In this document: one piece after another, positions 1-12,775 of the stretch | How positions within the stretch are numbered: position 1 is the stretch's first letter | Layout: each line of letters begins with the position of its first letter | Source: Camelus dromedarius | Lineage: Eukaryota | NCBI RefSeq assembly: GCF_036321535.1 | Contig: NC_087436.1 | Coordinates: 25,236,001 to 25,300,000, forward strand | Reading direction: 5' to 3' | DNA: 64,000 nt | The notes under the pieces: model-generated | The model's input: the letters and a program-made list of their open reading frames with translations, nothing else | Databases searched by the model: none | Told to the model about the DNA's origin: nothing | Translations under genes and position numbers: made by a program

Positions 1-3000
1 AAGATTTAGTCTCTTAGCAACTTTTATAATAGAGCCTTATTAAATAAATATGTTATTGATTTAGAGCTCCAGAATTTATTTATTTATTGGTTGTAAGTTT
101 ATACCCCTAAGCAACATCTCTTTAATTTCCCCACCTTCTAGCCTCTGGTGACCACCAGTCCCCTCTGTTTTCATAACTTCAGTTTTTTTAGATTCCACAC
201 ATAGTATCATACAGTATTTGTCTCTGACTTATGTCACTTAGCATAATGTCTTCCAGGTCCACCCATGTTGTTGCAAATGACAGGATTTCATTCTTTCTTA
301 TGGCTGAGTAATATTCCAGATGTGGTATACGTACTATATCTTCTTTTTGCATTCTTCTGTTGATGGACATTTAAGCTGTTTCCTTATCTTGGCTGTTAGT
401 GATGCTACAGTGAATGAGCATGGGTGTACATCTGAGATACTGATTTCAATTCCTTTGGATACGTACCTAGGAATGGGATGGCTAGATCATATGGTAGTTC
501 GATTTTTAAGATTTTGAGGAACCACCGTTCTGTTTTCCACATTGGCTGTACTGATTCACATTCCCACCAACAGTGTATAAATATTCCTTTTCCTCCACAT
601 CCTCACCATTTATTATCTCTCATCTTTTTGATAAAAGCCATCCTAACAGGTGAAGGTGATATTTTATTATGGTTTTGATTTGCATTTTTCCTGATGATTA
701 TTGATGTTGAACATCTTTGCATACACCTGTTGGCCATTTGTATATCTTCTTTGGAAAAATATCTATTCAGGTCTTTTGTCAATTTTTAAATTGGATTATC
801 TTCTCTTTGGCTATTGACTTGTGAATTCTTTATATATTTTGGATTGTAGTCCCTTATCAGATGTATGGTTTGCAAATATTTTCTCCCATTCTTCAGGTTG
901 TCTTTTTAATTTTTGGATTATTTGCTGTGCAGAAGCGTTTTAGTTTAATGTAGTCATACTTTATTTTAGTTTTTGTTGCCTGTGCTTCTGGTGACTTATC
1001 CAAGCAATCATTTCCTAGACCAATATCAAGGATCTTTCCCTTATGTTTTCTTCTAGGAGCTTTATGGTTTTAGATCTTACATTTAAATCTTTGATCCATT
1101 TCAAGTTAATTTTTGTGAGTATAAAATAGGAGTTCAGTTTCATTCTTTTGCATGTAGAATGCATCTAGTTTTCCCAATTACCATTTATTGAAGAAACTGT
1201 CCTTCCTATTGTGTGTTCTTGGCACCCTTGTTAGTGCACTATGTGTATGGTCTGGGCTCTCCATTCTGTTCCACTTACCTATATGCCTGCTTTTATGCCA
1301 GTACCATACTGTTTTGATTACTATAACTTTGTAAGATAGCTTGAAATCAGATATTGGAATGCCACCAGCTTTGTCCTTCTTTCTTAGGATTACTTTGTGG
1401 TTCCAGACAAATTTTAGAGTGATTTTCTGCTATTTCTGTGAAAAATGTCATTGGAATTGGGATTGGGATTGGGATTGCATTGAACCTCTAGATCACTTTG
1501 GGTCATATGGACATTTTCACATTACTTCTTCCAACTTCGGAACACAGGATATCTTTCTATTGGCTAGAGTCTTCAGTTTCTTTCATTAAAGTGTTAAAGC
1601 TTTTTGTGTATGTTTTTCACCTCCCTGATTAAACTTCCTGATTAAGACATTTTAATTTTTGATGCTATTATAAATGGGTTTGTTTTCTAAATTCTCTTTC
1701 AGCTAATTCATTGTTAATGTATAGAAATACAACTAATTTCTGTATGTTGATTTTCTATCCTGTAATTTTATTGAATTCATTTATTAGTTCTAACAGTTTT
1801 TTAATGGTCTTTGGGGCTTTCTGTATATAAAATCTGTCATTGTTGAACAGAGATCATTTTACTTCTTCCTTTCTGATATGGATACCTTTTATTTCTTTTT
1901 CTACCTAATTGCTCTGGCTAGAACTTCTAGTACTAGAATGAATCCTTGCATTCCAGAGATAAATCCCACTTGATCATGGTAAATGATCTGTTTAATGTGC
2001 TGTTGAATTTGGATTGCTAATATTTTGTTGAGAATTTTGGCATCTATATTCATCAGGGATATTGGTCTGTAATGCTATTTTCTTATAGTGTCTTTGTCTG
2101 GATTTAGTATCAGGGTACTGCTCATAAAATGAGTTTGGAAGCATTCCCTCTTTTTCATACTTTCATATATTTTCATGTTACTGATTAGCATGTTTTTTAT
2201 TTCAGTTTAAAGAACTCCTTTTAGCATTTCTTGTAGGGCAGGTCTAATGGCTACAAATTCCCTCAGCTTTTTTTGGTCTTGGAAAGTCTTTATCTCCTTC
2301 AGTGCTATCTGACAGCTTTTCTAGTAAAGTATTCTTGATGGCAGTTTTTTCCTGTGAACACTTTGAATATATCATCTGTCAAATTTCTGCTGAGAAATCT
2401 CCTGATAGCCTGATCAGGATTCCCTCATATGTGATGATTCTTTTTTCTTTTGCTACTTTTAAAATTTCCTCTTTGTCTTTGATTTTTGAGAGCTTTCTTT
2501 TAATGCATCTCAGTGAAGATCTCTTTGGGTTGAATCTGTTTGGGGGTCTTTGAGCTTCCTGTACTTTGATGGCTATATCTCTTCCCAGATTTGAGTTTTC
2601 AGATATTGTGTTTTAAAAGAAGTTTTCTGGACCTTTCTCCTTCTCTTCTCCTTCTGGGACTCCCGTAATATGGATGTTGTTTCTCTTGATCATGTTCCAT
2701 GGTTCATGTAGGCTTTCTTCATTCTTTTACTCTAGTTTCTTTATTCTCCTCTGTCTGGATAATATCAAGAGATCTGTCTTGAAGGTCACAGATCTTTCTT
2801 TTGTCTGATGGAGCCTATTGTTGAAGCTATCACATTTTTTCATTTCATTCATTGTATTCTTCAGCTCCAGAATTTCTGATTGGTTGTTTTTATGATTTCT
2901 ATTTCTTTGCTGAATTTCCCATTTTGTTTGTATATTGTTTCCTGAGTTCATTGATTTATCTATTTGTGTTCTCTTGCATATTGCTGAGCTGCCTTCAAAT

Positions 3001-4772
3001 CATTCTTTTGAATTATTTTTCAGATAACACAGATCTCCACTTCCTTAGGATTAGTTACTGGAGTAATATTGCGTTCCTTTGGTGATGTCATATTTCCTTG
3101 CTTTTTCATGTTTCTGATGGATCTCTGTTGATACCTGTGCATTAGAAGGTGTAGTAACCTCTTCCAGTCTTTTCAGACTGGCTCCAGTAGGGAAAGACTT
3201 CCCCCCAGAGGTGGATGTAGGAGCACCTGCTGGGTAGGATGCAGTGTCTTTGATTCCTGAGGAAGCACAGTGATGTAGTCTCCATGCCACTCCATTGGCT
3301 GATGCTGAAATTGGCCACACTTTTATGGCTGAGGCTACAGAGGACCTGCAGGTTGCAGTGGCAGGTAGGGCTACCAGGATTTTCAGAGGCTGAGGCTGCT
3401 GGGGTCTTCTTGCTCTCCTCTACTTTTTTTGCACATACGAGGAAGCTCTAGCTGAGGAGACCCCTCTTAGTGCCTGGTCTGATGTGCTGACACTCAGAGG
3501 AGTATTGGAACTGGGGTCCTAGGATCAGGCACACATGGAACTAGCACAGTGCCACGGTCATGGAGCATAGGTGCCCTTGCTGTGACTGCGACACGGGTGT
3601 CTACAACGCGGGCATGTGCCAATGGAACTGGTACCCGGGTCTCAAGGGCTCACTGCTGGACTCGTGCTGATGTCACTGCACAGCAGTGACAAGGGTCTTG
3701 GGATGACGGTGCAGTGGTGGCTTGGGCCCAGAAGGCAGAGTGCAGTAGTAGCACAACCTGGCAATGGTGGGTCAGTCTCAACTCTAGCCCCCTGGGAACA
3801 CACGCAGGAGAAGAATAGTCCAACTCCAGTAGTTGTTTGTTAAAGCTATGTGTTGGGATTCAGGGAACTGGGCACAGAGTAGTGGCAGCAAGGCCCTAGC
3901 AATGACAATTCAGAGGTGCCACCTGGCATGGCGAGGGAGAGGTGAGGTTCAGGGCAGGGGCAGTATGTCTGGCAGTCAGAGCCAGGACCTGGGACCTTTG
4001 AGGCAGGACTCAGGGCAGTAAGAACTCACCTCAGCAATGACAGTTCTGAGTCTTGACCTGGCATGGGAGTTGGGGCACAAGGCAATAGCACAGCCCCAAT
4101 AATGGCAGCCAAAGCATGACTTGGGACCCTGGAGGCAGGACTCTGGTCAGGGAAGTTGCCTTGTTAATGGTGGAGCAAGGCCCCATCCTGGGGCTGTGGG
4201 TAGGCAAAGAGCAGTCGCAGCTCTGGTCTCATATATGGCAATGGACTGTGGTACTCAGTCCATGAGAGTGGGGCACAGAAACACTGGGCCCCCTGAGGGC
4301 AGGTCTCACCTCAGCAACAGCTCCAGCCTCTGGGAGTAGTCCAGAGGAGGTTGGGGTACCACAGGCCACTCCATCAGCTAGGGTCAGCATCACTGAAGAC
4401 TGAGAGCCCTCTGTACCAAAAGCTGCAAACAACCGAAATGGTGAGGCTTGCTGTGGTCCTGCTGCTCTCCTTCTCCCCCTGTGATGGGCTTCCTCTGAGA
4501 GGATCCCTCCTGGTGCCCAGCAGCTCTTAACTGGGAGATGGGACGATGTGGGCAGAATACTTCCTTTACTTTCCTACGCGGCCATCCTTGACTGGTGAGC
4601 TCCGCTGGGTGTTTTTTGCTGCTGCTTCTGTGTTGTCTAGAGCTTTCCCTGAACTGTTTTCTTCCATTTGTAGCTGTTCATTGCTCTTGGGGTTTTTTCT
4701 GTTTGTTTATTTTGGGGGGAGTAGGTAAGTGTTGGGACCTCCCAGCCCTCCATCTTGCTGACGTCATTCCTG
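1..4772 (-). mobile_element. Old LINE-1 (L1M-type) retaining 5' UTR, ORF1 remnant, parts of ORF2 and 3' UTR, with internal deletions
   Basis: ORF 188-370(-) gives the ORF2 C-terminus (EYYSAIRKNEILSFATTWVDLEDIMLSDISQ). ORF 2727-2951(-) gives the ORF1 coiled coil (NQSEILELKNTMNEMK..SFNNRLHQ). 3200-4770 is GC-richer 5' UTR ending in minus-strand GGAATGACGTCAGCAAGATGG, typical of L1M 5' ends. Confidence 0.9.
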
Positions 4773-5249
4773 AGTCCCTCCTGCTGCAGATGAAGCAAAC
4801 AAGGCCCTAGGAGATAAGATGTTTTGCTCAATACACTACCCATTTGAGACTAGAAAGTACATTGTGATCCTTCTGATTCTTCTAGGTGCAAAAGCAACAA
4901 ACCAATTTTAGACTGAATATGAAGTGTATTTTTGAACATTTATTTATATCTTGGTCCTGTTGTCTCAAAATATTTTCAGTCCCCCCTGGTTCATGAATAA
5001 AAGTCCTTATTTGAATACAAAATATTAATGTATTCTTGCTGAGAAGCCATCATGGGAAGTATAGAAGTGACAAATACATTAATTGAACATGATAGGGTTC
5101 TAATGAAATAAATAATTCTTGAAAGTGCTCTATGAAGTAGGCAGTTGCGTGTTTTCAGTATTCAACCCCAGATAATTCACATTTTGCTGTTTTTTTGTAC
5201 ATTTCTGATTTCTATGCATTTTTAATTTCTCTTCTTTATTTTTTTGTAG

Positions 5250-5322
5250 ACAAGATAACCAGAACATTACAAATAATACTGGAAGTTGTACCAGAAGAAG
5301 ATTGCCAAAAATTATGAATTAA
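5250..5322 (+). CDS. Probable terminal coding exon fragment of an unidentified + strand gene (frame unresolved)
   Basis: Strong acceptor: long polypyrimidine tract then TTTGTAG (AG 5248-5249). All three frames stop within 73 nt: xKITRTLQIILEVVPEEDCQKL* (TGA 5315-5317), xQDNQNITNNTGSCTRRRLPKIMN* (TAA 5320-5322) or TR*. Followed by repeat-poor AT-rich sequence up to a strong polyA site. Confidence 0.5.
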
Positions 5323-6924
5323 TGCATTTGAAATCTTGGCAATCTCTCCTTGGCCTTGTTTCTGCCCAAAGAGCTGAAACAAACAAAATAAAATGGAACT
5401 TCACTCCATTTTATGAAAATCCAGAGGATTGCAACTTTGGGAATGGACTAAATTAGTTATTTCTGTCTTCTAGTGTATTCAAACTAGCTGGTTTCTAAGA
5501 AATTTAGTAACTCTGTGTAGTTATAGAATGCTGATAGGCAGTTATACCACAAGTTCACATGATTTTTGAGTCCCTGATACCTACCAGATGAGGTCAGGGA
5601 AAAAGACTAGAGAATGGACAATTACTTTAGGGATCTTTCTCTGTAAATGTCTTACGGCTAAGAACCTTCAAACTGAAGACTGAGATGTTTTCTGTATATA
5701 TGGGTTTTGTAGAAACAATTTTTATATACTGTAGATAACTGTACTGTGAAAAGTGTTTTCTCTTCTTATGCAGAAAAAAAGTGTATGTCATCATTACAGA
5801 CAGAGGAAAGAAAGAAATTTGTTTTACATTGACATTCCATTGTTTCCCACAGATATCAACTTAGATACTACTCATCTTTTAATATTATTATACCCAGAGA
5901 ATTTTGAACGAAGAACAGAGAGGGTATGCTAAATTTTAATAAATATATATTAAAGCCAAGTTTCTAGGGGCTATTGTTGATGAGGAAAATCCAGGAATTA
6001 TGTTTAAGTAAACAAGTTTTTGAGAATTTATGTTAGGTTTTGTTCACTCATCATCAGAAACCTCTGTGGTTACGTGCTCTTTTGATTTCACAGCCACTGA
6101 TTTGATCAGGAAAGGATGTATAACACCTTTTTGAGAGCAAAGCAATAGTCAATCTGGAATTAAAGCCTCTTAAGCACAATTCAGTGGTTTCACTAATAAT
6201 TTACCCATTGGTAAATGTATCTAAATATGTGCATTTAAAAGTTTTCAAGTTATAATATCAATATAAGACAGAAAATCACCAAGAAACAGAATCCTCAACA
6301 TATTATGCCTAGCTCTGTAGTTCTATATGCAATGTTAGTAATTCTGAACAGTTTTTTAGTTTCATAGCTATTTTTGCATGGTGATGAATTTTGACAGTTT
6401 GTACATTTTCTTTATACATTTTATACTGTGTTAAAATATCTCTGGATAATACTGTCCATATCAGTTAGGAAAAGGCATGTATTTACATAAAAGTTAAGAA
6501 AGAAATGTCACTGCTAAGTAAGATTTACAACTGTTTCTAAAAATTTTACCACTACTGTATCTAGGTTTTGTCAGTAATTGCCTCACCTTAATTATCATTC
6601 AAATTGTAAAAGAGGTAACTGATAACAAGTTCACTGAAAGAAGGAGAAACTCTGCATGAAGTGTGTGTATTCAGATGGGTATTATTATGTTAGGCTTAGA
6701 AAATATTGTGGAATTTCCAAATAAGAATAATATAATGATGAAATTTGTTAACTATTATTTACATAAATGTCATATTAAATAGTTAATTATAGCCAGAGTA
6801 TTTTTCATCCTTTAATTTTTGTCTATTTGAAAAAGAAGAATTTTCGGAAGAATTACACTGATTAAAATCATTAAGAGCAGATGTAGAGTTCGTAAACAAT
6901 TGATCAAAGTAGAAATGATGATAA

Positions 6925-7000
6925 TTTGAGTCAATTCCAATTCATTAATTTTCAATTCATTAATTTCAATTTCAAAATTCAATTTATTTAATTTCAATTT
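6925..7000. repeat. AT-rich low-complexity tandem repeat (TTCAAT/TTAAT-like units)
   Basis: aattccaattcattaattttcaattcattaatttcaatttcaaaattcaatttatttaatttcaattt; source of the spurious ORF 6812-6997. Confidence 0.85.
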
Positions 7001-8770
7001 ATTATATATCCAAGATTGAAAATTTTTCAGCCAAACCTTACCTCTGGCTCTTTAAGTGAACTCATAAAAATTCCTTCCTTTTTCTTCTACCTTGGGTTTT
7101 CATAGGGTTTTCAAAATTTGATCTGTAATCTATACTTCATATATCCACTTGTATATATCTGTCTCCACTAAATGAATTTGTTGCTAGAGGTAAAAATAGA
7201 TTTCCTTTATATTCCTATTTTTTATAGTCTAAGCCTATATAATCTAAATCAGCACACTTTTCTGGAGTTTTTTTCTTTTCTAATGAAAAAAAAAAAAAAA
7301 AAAGGTGAAGTCTCATGGAGAAGTGTGTATAGTTCTTGCTTACTCCAGAGGTTAATGTGCTTATATCAAAGTGGCAAATAGGTCTCCTCATTTTATTTAT
7401 TTGTTTAGTTTTGGTTTTAATTTCTCTTTAAATATATCACTATACAAGCTCACTAGGTTACATATTCCTTATTATTTTCATCATTTTTAGAATGATTTTT
7501 ACATTGTTAAATTTGTAATGCCATTGTAATACTACTTTAACCAGATGGAAAGTCAGTCAATAATTTTTTTTTAAGTGGTGAGGATTAAGTTCCATTTCAA
7601 CTTATTTTTGGGTTACATAATGACAAGATACAGGGTTTATGTAATCACCAAACTGATACTCATAACATTTATTTGGAATGGTATTATGTCAAGCAGATTC
7701 CAGTTTGAAAACTTTCCTGCACATTTTTACACATATGTGTATTTTTATACTAAGTAACTTTTTTCTCATATATTTAGAAAATTTTTTCTCATATATATTT
7801 TTTCATATATTGAACTACTACATGTGATATGTTTGTACCAGTGTGCCTATTCAAATGTTTAAAGACATTTTATGAATTTATTATAACACAAATGATAAAA
7901 GTGGCCAATATAGTTCAAGACAAGTAGAATACTATTTTCAAATGTTCTGCTTTTTGGTACATAGATTCTCAAGTATTTAATTATGAATTAAGTAGATCTA
8001 GTAAAGACTTACAAAGCTGTAACAGTTTAATGTAAAAAATGGAGTGATTCTCCTTACACAATTGTGAATATTTCAGTAAATGTTTTTGACCCCTTTTTAA
8101 AGATATTAGATTATTTTTCTGAGAGTTTTCTTTGATCACAAGAAGAAAACTGTTATAAATGGTGTCCTGGTCAGCTGGAAGTAGACCCTGTTCTTGTCTT
8201 TCTTTAGGAGATTAAAGATTTGTCCTAGGAAAGATGTTGAACTCTGGTACCAAACATAAACGTTAGATGTGTGTACGCACACATATGCGTGTCTGCTTGT
8301 ACTGTGTCTCCTCGGCCCCTGCAAGCACAAAATTAGGACAGATTATTAGGTTCCATTAGCAATTTGTGGTAGTTTCTCTAACACTAAAATAAGTACATTG
8401 AAACAAATTTCCAGATCGTCCTTCGTGTCTGATACGGTTGTTTTCCCAATTGCTATTTGACATATCAACAGATGGTTAACAAGAGTACAATTATATAACT
8501 CAATGGAATTCTATGTTGAACTGTAATCAGTCTTCAGGAAACTCATTCATTTACCTCTATTTGAGATGAATGTAATACAGACTGATAAAGGGAGCATCTT
8601 TGACCAATATTTGATTTCTTATAATTGAAGCATAGATTATGAAAAGACAGAAAACTGAAGGCCAGAGTAGCTGGAAATGAAAGGTAGTATATGATTAGAG
8701 GTAGCAATATTTTTGTCTAGTTTATAATGCAATATAGATAGAGAAGTATTAAAAAACGGTCTGCTGTACA

Positions 8771-8946
8771 CAGGTGGCTATCCTGAGAAACTAATGAAAT
8801 GTAAGCTTCAGTGCCCCTCACTTACAGATGCCCCTTCCCTGGTCCTGTACTTAATTTTGCATTAGGAATTTTGTATTAATTTTCCTAAAGTAGATTAGCA
8901 AAATTATATATACTTCTGACCCTACAAAATCTGCATCTGTCCCGGT
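8771..8946. mobile_element. Short hAT-type MER MITE remnant
   Basis: aagcttcagtgcccctcacttacagatgccccttccctggtcc ... cttctgaccctacaaaatctgcatctgtccc resembles recalled eutherian hAT MITE consensus; subfamily not assigned. Confidence 0.5.
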
Positions 8947-11900
8947 GAGAAAGATCAAAGTACCCCCATTACTTTTTCTTTTAGAAATAAGCATGGGGGA
9001 TTTGTAGGATATATATTCAAGTAATAAAGTAGTGAGTTAACTGAAATCTTTCTATATAAGTAACTTTCTCATAATATTTATTATATGTGTTATATAAGGA
9101 GAAAGTGTCTCTGTTGACATTTTATGTGTCAGTTCTGAATGATAGATAAACAAAGAATGGGAATTTAATTGTAGCTTTTTTTTTTTTTTTAAGTCTGGAA
9201 AGAAATATAGAGAGATTTGGGGTTCGAATGCAGATGAGTCCAGAAATTTGATTTTACTTAAATAAAACCTTGCTCCATTTTACCCTATGTGATATGCTTT
9301 ATGTCAGTGCTGATGATGTTTACAAAGTTACATTTTACTTTCCTAACCATTCAAAGTCAGGAATAAAAGCATGGCATTGTGCAACTGACAAGAAGCCCAC
9401 AGCGGATACAAATTAGAGTAGATAATGAGTCATCGTGACAGCTTCTGTTTACATTATTTATATATAGGTAAAACAATTATTACTTATAAATGTATTTTAG
9501 GTTAAATTTCCCATATAGTATTTTCACTTTATCCCAATATATTTAATACCTAAAATTGTAACCTGTATGTATTATTAGTACTGTACTTAAAACAATATTT
9601 TAATAGCCAATCTGGGGAGATAATCCTTCTTTTTGTTGCATTTTCAAATTATTTGGAGTCTAAAAAGAAATACTTGGTCTGTTTTTAGATCTGATACAAA
9701 TTCACGAAGGTGTACAATGTGGTCTCACAGAAAGTTCTCCAGTTTTCCATATGTTGTGAGATACTGTCTTTCTCTACGTCCTCATCAGGATATTAACTTG
9801 ATCTTTTTGAACCATTTCTGTTTTTTGAATGAATCAGCGATTCCCTTTGTTTTGTCTTTTATTTTTTGACATGATATTTTCAAGATAGGAGTGAGTCTAA
9901 ATTTAAATTTATACAGCTACCTGTATAAATTTATGCAATTACATTTTCAAGATAGAAATGAGTCTTAATTTGATATAATTACCTGATATTCGTAGTGTGA
10001 AACTATCACTTGGATCACTTCCTTGGGAATTCCCTCCTCCTTCTCTCTATTATCATTGGCTTTAAAATATCACTGGAGGATGGTGACAGTCTCCAGTTAT
10101 CTGTTACATGTGTGTATTTTGGCTACTTGGATCAAGGGTACATTTGGAGTATCAATAACTGCCTTAGCAGTTTTACAGATAGCAATTCTCTCAAGAAACT
10201 GGCGCATTAGGTATCTGGAGCCATACAGATGGATACACTGGTTTTAAAGTGAATATACTTTTTTTCCCTCAACATATACACTACTGATTTTATTTTTAAA
10301 AGTATGACTTTCAAGTGAGTTAATTTCTTCGTTGGAAGACTTGCCTCCTGAGTCCTTATTACCTCTTGTTGAAGCCTCTAAAGGCCATGTTGAATGCTGA
10401 AGAGAAAGAAAGGAAAAAAACCAAAAAAACTAAAAACTAATGCACAGTAATCTCTTTTGCAGCAGTGACTGTGTTCAGAGTACTTTGTGCAGCAGGATGT
10501 TTTGCACAGCATCTTGTGGGAAAACAGATTAGTGCTTTGGATGTTACAGCTATATAACTGGTTGGGTTGTGAGGGGCCTGACTTAAATGAGGGTTTGTGA
10601 AGTGAGACCTCACTTACTCCTACTGAGTAACATTCTTCTGTGCATGCTCGGAAGCACATTCGTGTTGCACCAGGGGCCAATGCGATGTGGTTCCCTGGTT
10701 CTAGGTTTAAACTGATTTATTTTAAAGGATTTCTGAATTATTTTTTTCCCTAGCATTTCTCCTACATTCGAATTTTCTGCTTACTGGCTATTGTAATATA
10801 AAGTAAAAATACATTGGAGAAATAGAACACAGATTGTTTAAAATGAGTGTATGCTTATAACAAAATAGAAATGATCTACGTTAAACTACTGTGTATATTA
10901 ATGATTTCAAACACTACCACATAGCACTTTTAAATTGCTCTTTTAAATTGCTCTATAGTGCTATGGTTATCATGTAAACCACAAGAACCCTCTAAAAATT
11001 TTAAGTCATCCCAGATTATTTTGATTCTCTTCTTGGAGAACTTTTTTACTTAATAGTTTTCCCTTGTGAATGTTATTACTGCTGCTATAAATTTAGAATT
11101 TAACTATTGATACTTACAGTTTGAAAACAGGGTTCGTCTTTTGACATTATCTAAGTTAAGAGAGTGACGTATCACTTTATTCTTGGTTATTTTGAACACA
11201 GGCATTTGCCCCAAATTTCTATCCTTTTGTAGATGAATTGTAGCACAATAGTAATGAATTTTCAGTAGTACCTGTCAGCATTTTGGGAACTTTGTGAACA
11301 TAAGCATCAGAAGTTTAAAAAAAATTGCTTATTACCATGTAATACGGTGTCTTCTTTTTTGACAAACTAGCGAACAAACATAGAATTTTTCGCTGATGCT
11401 AAATGTTAACTACCTGTGGTTTTATAATAAGTCAAAGAAAGAGGAAAGACAAGTAGCTTCGTGTATTGAATGCTTCGTGAATTGAATTTGTCCTAGTTTT
11501 CTGACAAAGACTTGACTCTGGGTTTCCTAGAGCTTGATTTTTACTTATCATAGGGCTGATTAGATGGTAGTGATGCACTGGTAGGGATGGTTTGCAGTTG
11601 TTGACTCCGAGTTCATCTCACGATGAATCTTTCATGTTGTTTTATTGTGTGTTTATCTGTATTGACTCTATAAAAATGGGTTTAGTGAGCTTTGGGTTAC
11701 AATTTGACCTGGTAAGAATCATTTCTTTTTCAACTATCAAGGAATAGAAAACTCCGTATGTATTGGTACGTCTGTGTCAACATAGTGTTAGGAACTATAT
11801 GTGAATGTATTTAAATGTCTTTCTTAGTCTGTGACAAGCATCAGTAATTTGCACCGATGGAATGAATTTAGCCCAGTGGGAAAGTAGTAGGTTATTCTGG

Positions 11901-12717
11901 AGGGCCGTGCTGGCAGCTGTCTCTTTGATCTGTGCTTAGAGGTTAATTTATAGACCAGCTCTATCCCTTCACTTGGATCTGGAATGCATCTGTCATGACC
12001 TTGTACCATTCCCCAGATTGAGGAGTGAGGGGAGAGGTGGGTTTGGCCTTGTGCTATAAAATACAACAAGAAGTCCAGCTGAGGGAGAGTGAGCCTTAAT
12101 GTCCTAAATTGTCCTCATCTGTGGTGGCATTTCTTCCTCCTGGCACTGTGATAAGGAAACTTGGTAAAGGGGATTGTGCGTCTTTCATACAAATTTTATA
12201 CAATGTCTCAGACTGATAAATTCTTAAAAACCTAAATTCCTTTTCTTCATCTTTAGCCCAACCATATTAGAGGTACTAAGATATTTAACTATGAAAATAT
12301 AAATGGTGCAAAGGGACTTTCATTTGTGGATCGTGCTGTGTTTCTTAGGGTTCTCTGGCACTGATGCCTCTGCCAGCATGTGATACATGAAATAAAATGG
12401 ATTTTTCTACAGATTAATGATTTGCCTCTGGGGAGAGTTCTGGTACAGCAATCACACTGCCAGATGGTGTTTATGGGCTATTTGTGTAAGTGGTAAGATA
12501 CTATGAAATAAGTGTGCTTTCATCTGATGGAAACTCTTGATGCATGTGTTTTTGTATGGAATAAATTTTGGTGCAATATGATGTCACTCAATGTTGCATT
12601 GAATTTAATTTCAATTGTGTTTATGTATATATATTCCTGTCACGCTTCTAGTTGCTTCAACCTTTGTGTATGTATTTTTGTACATATTTTTAGTTGAAAT
12701 ATTTTAAATGGAAATGA

Positions 12718-12775
12718 AATAAACATTTGATAGCTTACCTAATAAAAGTCATGATGTGTGTGTGTGTGTTTTTAA
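12718..12775 (+). terminator. Polyadenylation signal cluster with GU/U-rich downstream element
   Basis: AATAAA at 12718-12723 and 12741-12746 (also 12560-12565); upstream TGTA motifs; downstream (TG)n then TTTTT at ~12754-12773. Confidence 0.65.

Larger units (their letters stand above)
5323..12750 (+). other. Putative long (~7.4 kb) 3' UTR
   Basis: Almost free of interspersed repeats compared with the flanks; U-rich on + strand; several TGTANATA motifs (5693, 7150, 12624, 12679); ends in AATAAA plus a GT-rich element. Confidence 0.5.

Noticed and set aside
1451..1478. (GGGATT)n hexamers resembling telomeric repeat
   Set aside because: Not TTAGGG; a short slippage expansion within L1 ORF2.
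3616..4843. Cluster of ORFs in GC-rich DNA
   Set aside because: Lies in the L1 5' UTR; not host genes.
5315..5317. TGA as possible selenocysteine codon
   Set aside because: No convincing SECIS seen downstream; the read-through peptide is unremarkable.
10455..10480. IRE-like CAGTGA loop (tgcag-cagtga-ctgtg)
   Set aside because: Lacks the bulged C five bases 5' of the loop, and the stem needs two G:U pairs.
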